A DNA stretch of 64,000 nt. Source: Chlorokybus atmophyticus (Eukaryota > Plantae > Mesostigma and Chlorokybus algae). Shown one piece after another: positions 62,860 through 64,000 of the stretch (its first letter is position 1; every line of letters begins with the position of its first letter). The position numbers and the translations under genes were made by a program. Below the pieces are notes generated by a model. It was not told the origin of the DNA, did no database searches, and saw nothing but the letters and a program-made list of their open reading frames with translations. The stretch spans positions 196,606-260,605 of the forward strand of contig RHPI01001715.1 in NCBI GenBank assembly GCA_009103225.1, in the 5' to 3' direction.

Positions 62860-63751
62860 ATGGACGTGACATATTTGCTCTACGCTGTTCTTCTGCTGGC
62901 AGCAACATATTGGCTGCTGCTGAGAACATCCCGCCGCTCTTCCAAGCTGCATTCGCCCCCCGGACCAACAGCGCTGCCAATTCTTGGCCACCTTCACTTG
63001 GTGCGAACTGCTTCCAACATTGCTGCATACCCTTGATTAAAAGCGCGCGTGCGTGTGTGCGCACTTGTTCTTCATCTACGTGCTGCCATGCGAGTGCAGT
63101 GCATGTGTCTGCGCATGCGCATGTGTATGCATGTACTTGTCTGTGCTTGTCTGTTGCTTGTGGCCATTAGGCTGTCATCATCACCAAGGTGATGACAGCC
63201 CAAATACCTGGGTTCACAGCTCACATCATGCTGACTAGTCAGTTCTATGGCAGCTGGGCACTGCACCTCACCGCTCACTTGAGAAGTTGGCGGATAAATT
63301 TGGCGGCTTGGTGCAATTACACTTTGGTTCGGTTCCAACCGTAGTGGTGTCGGATCCAAAGGCTATTGATGAGATTTTTTTGAAGCATGCAACTGTAACT
63401 AGCACTCGGCCACGCCCGCTTCCAGCAGCATTGGTAAGAACCTTCGTTTGTAATTGTCTGTAGAGGTTCATCACTGGCATGTAAGCTACTTACCTGCCTA
63501 GCTTTGTTGATAAAGCTTGTAAAGGTGAGCTGTGTGCTAGCTGTCAAGTGCCTGTATGCATGTGGTAACCATACGGTGTGCAGGAGCTGACCACACATGG
63601 CGGCGATGATGTTGCGATGGCCGAGTATGGCGACAACTGGAAAAAATTGCGCCGCATCATGCACGTGCACTTTTTGTCCAAGAATCAGATTCAGCAGTCC
63701 GAAGCCCGCATTACCACGGAAGCCAAGCATTTGTTGCAGAGTTTTTCAAAG
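62860..63751 (+). CDS. Cytochrome P450, A-type/CYP71-clan-like N-terminal part (3' end lies outside the window)
   Basis: Exons 62860-63000, 63254-63433 and 63584-63751 give the membrane anchor MDVTYLLYAVLLLAATYWLLL, the hinge PPGPTALPILGHLHL|LGTAPHRSLEKLADKFG, LHFGSVPTVVVSDP and the C-helix YGDNWKKLRR. Confidence 0.9.
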
Positions 63752-64000
63752 GTAGACTGAACGTAGCCTCATTGCTGATGTGCTCGCTTGAATTTTCACA
63801 AACACGTTGACTTATGTGCAACACATGCATGCACCAGGCTGCACAGAACGATCAGGCGCTGGATCCAGGACCTGATTGTTCGTTGATGACAGTAAATGTA
63901 GTCTGGACGTTTCTCTATGGCAAAAGGTACGCCAAGACAATAGAACAGCACTTCCACGCGTATGTGCGGGGGAGAAGGGGGTAGCTTTGATGCGATAAAA

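Overview
Intron-rich eukaryotic nuclear DNA, inferred to be from a green alga or early streptophyte (plastid transit peptides, a plant-type rhodanese, a FOP/TON1-family protein and an A-type-like P450). Host genes from left to right: AIR1/ZCCHC7-like zinc-knuckle protein (5'-truncated), an unknown coiled-coil protein, an F-box/WD40 protein, a FOP/TON1 LisH protein, eEF1B-gamma, a GGCT/GliK-like protein, plastid rhodanese STR14-like, a bacterial-like six-hairpin glycosidase, phosphoserine aminotransferase, VAC14 and a 3'-truncated cytochrome P450. The main feature is a ~14 kb composite DNA transposon (about 34.9-49.0 kb). It carries a Plavaka-type transposase, a Tudor domain fused to a small phage-type C5 cytosine methyltransferase, OTU and RING domain ORFs, and two unknown spliced ORFs. 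All three of its upstream intergenic regions contain the same palindrome, GTACCAT-N2/4-ATGGTAC, and its right end has a 53-bp palindrome-containing tandem array. Most element genes are broken by in-frame stops rather than frameshifts. All exon structures were read by eye, family assignments come from motif recognition without database searches, and the element boundaries are unresolved.
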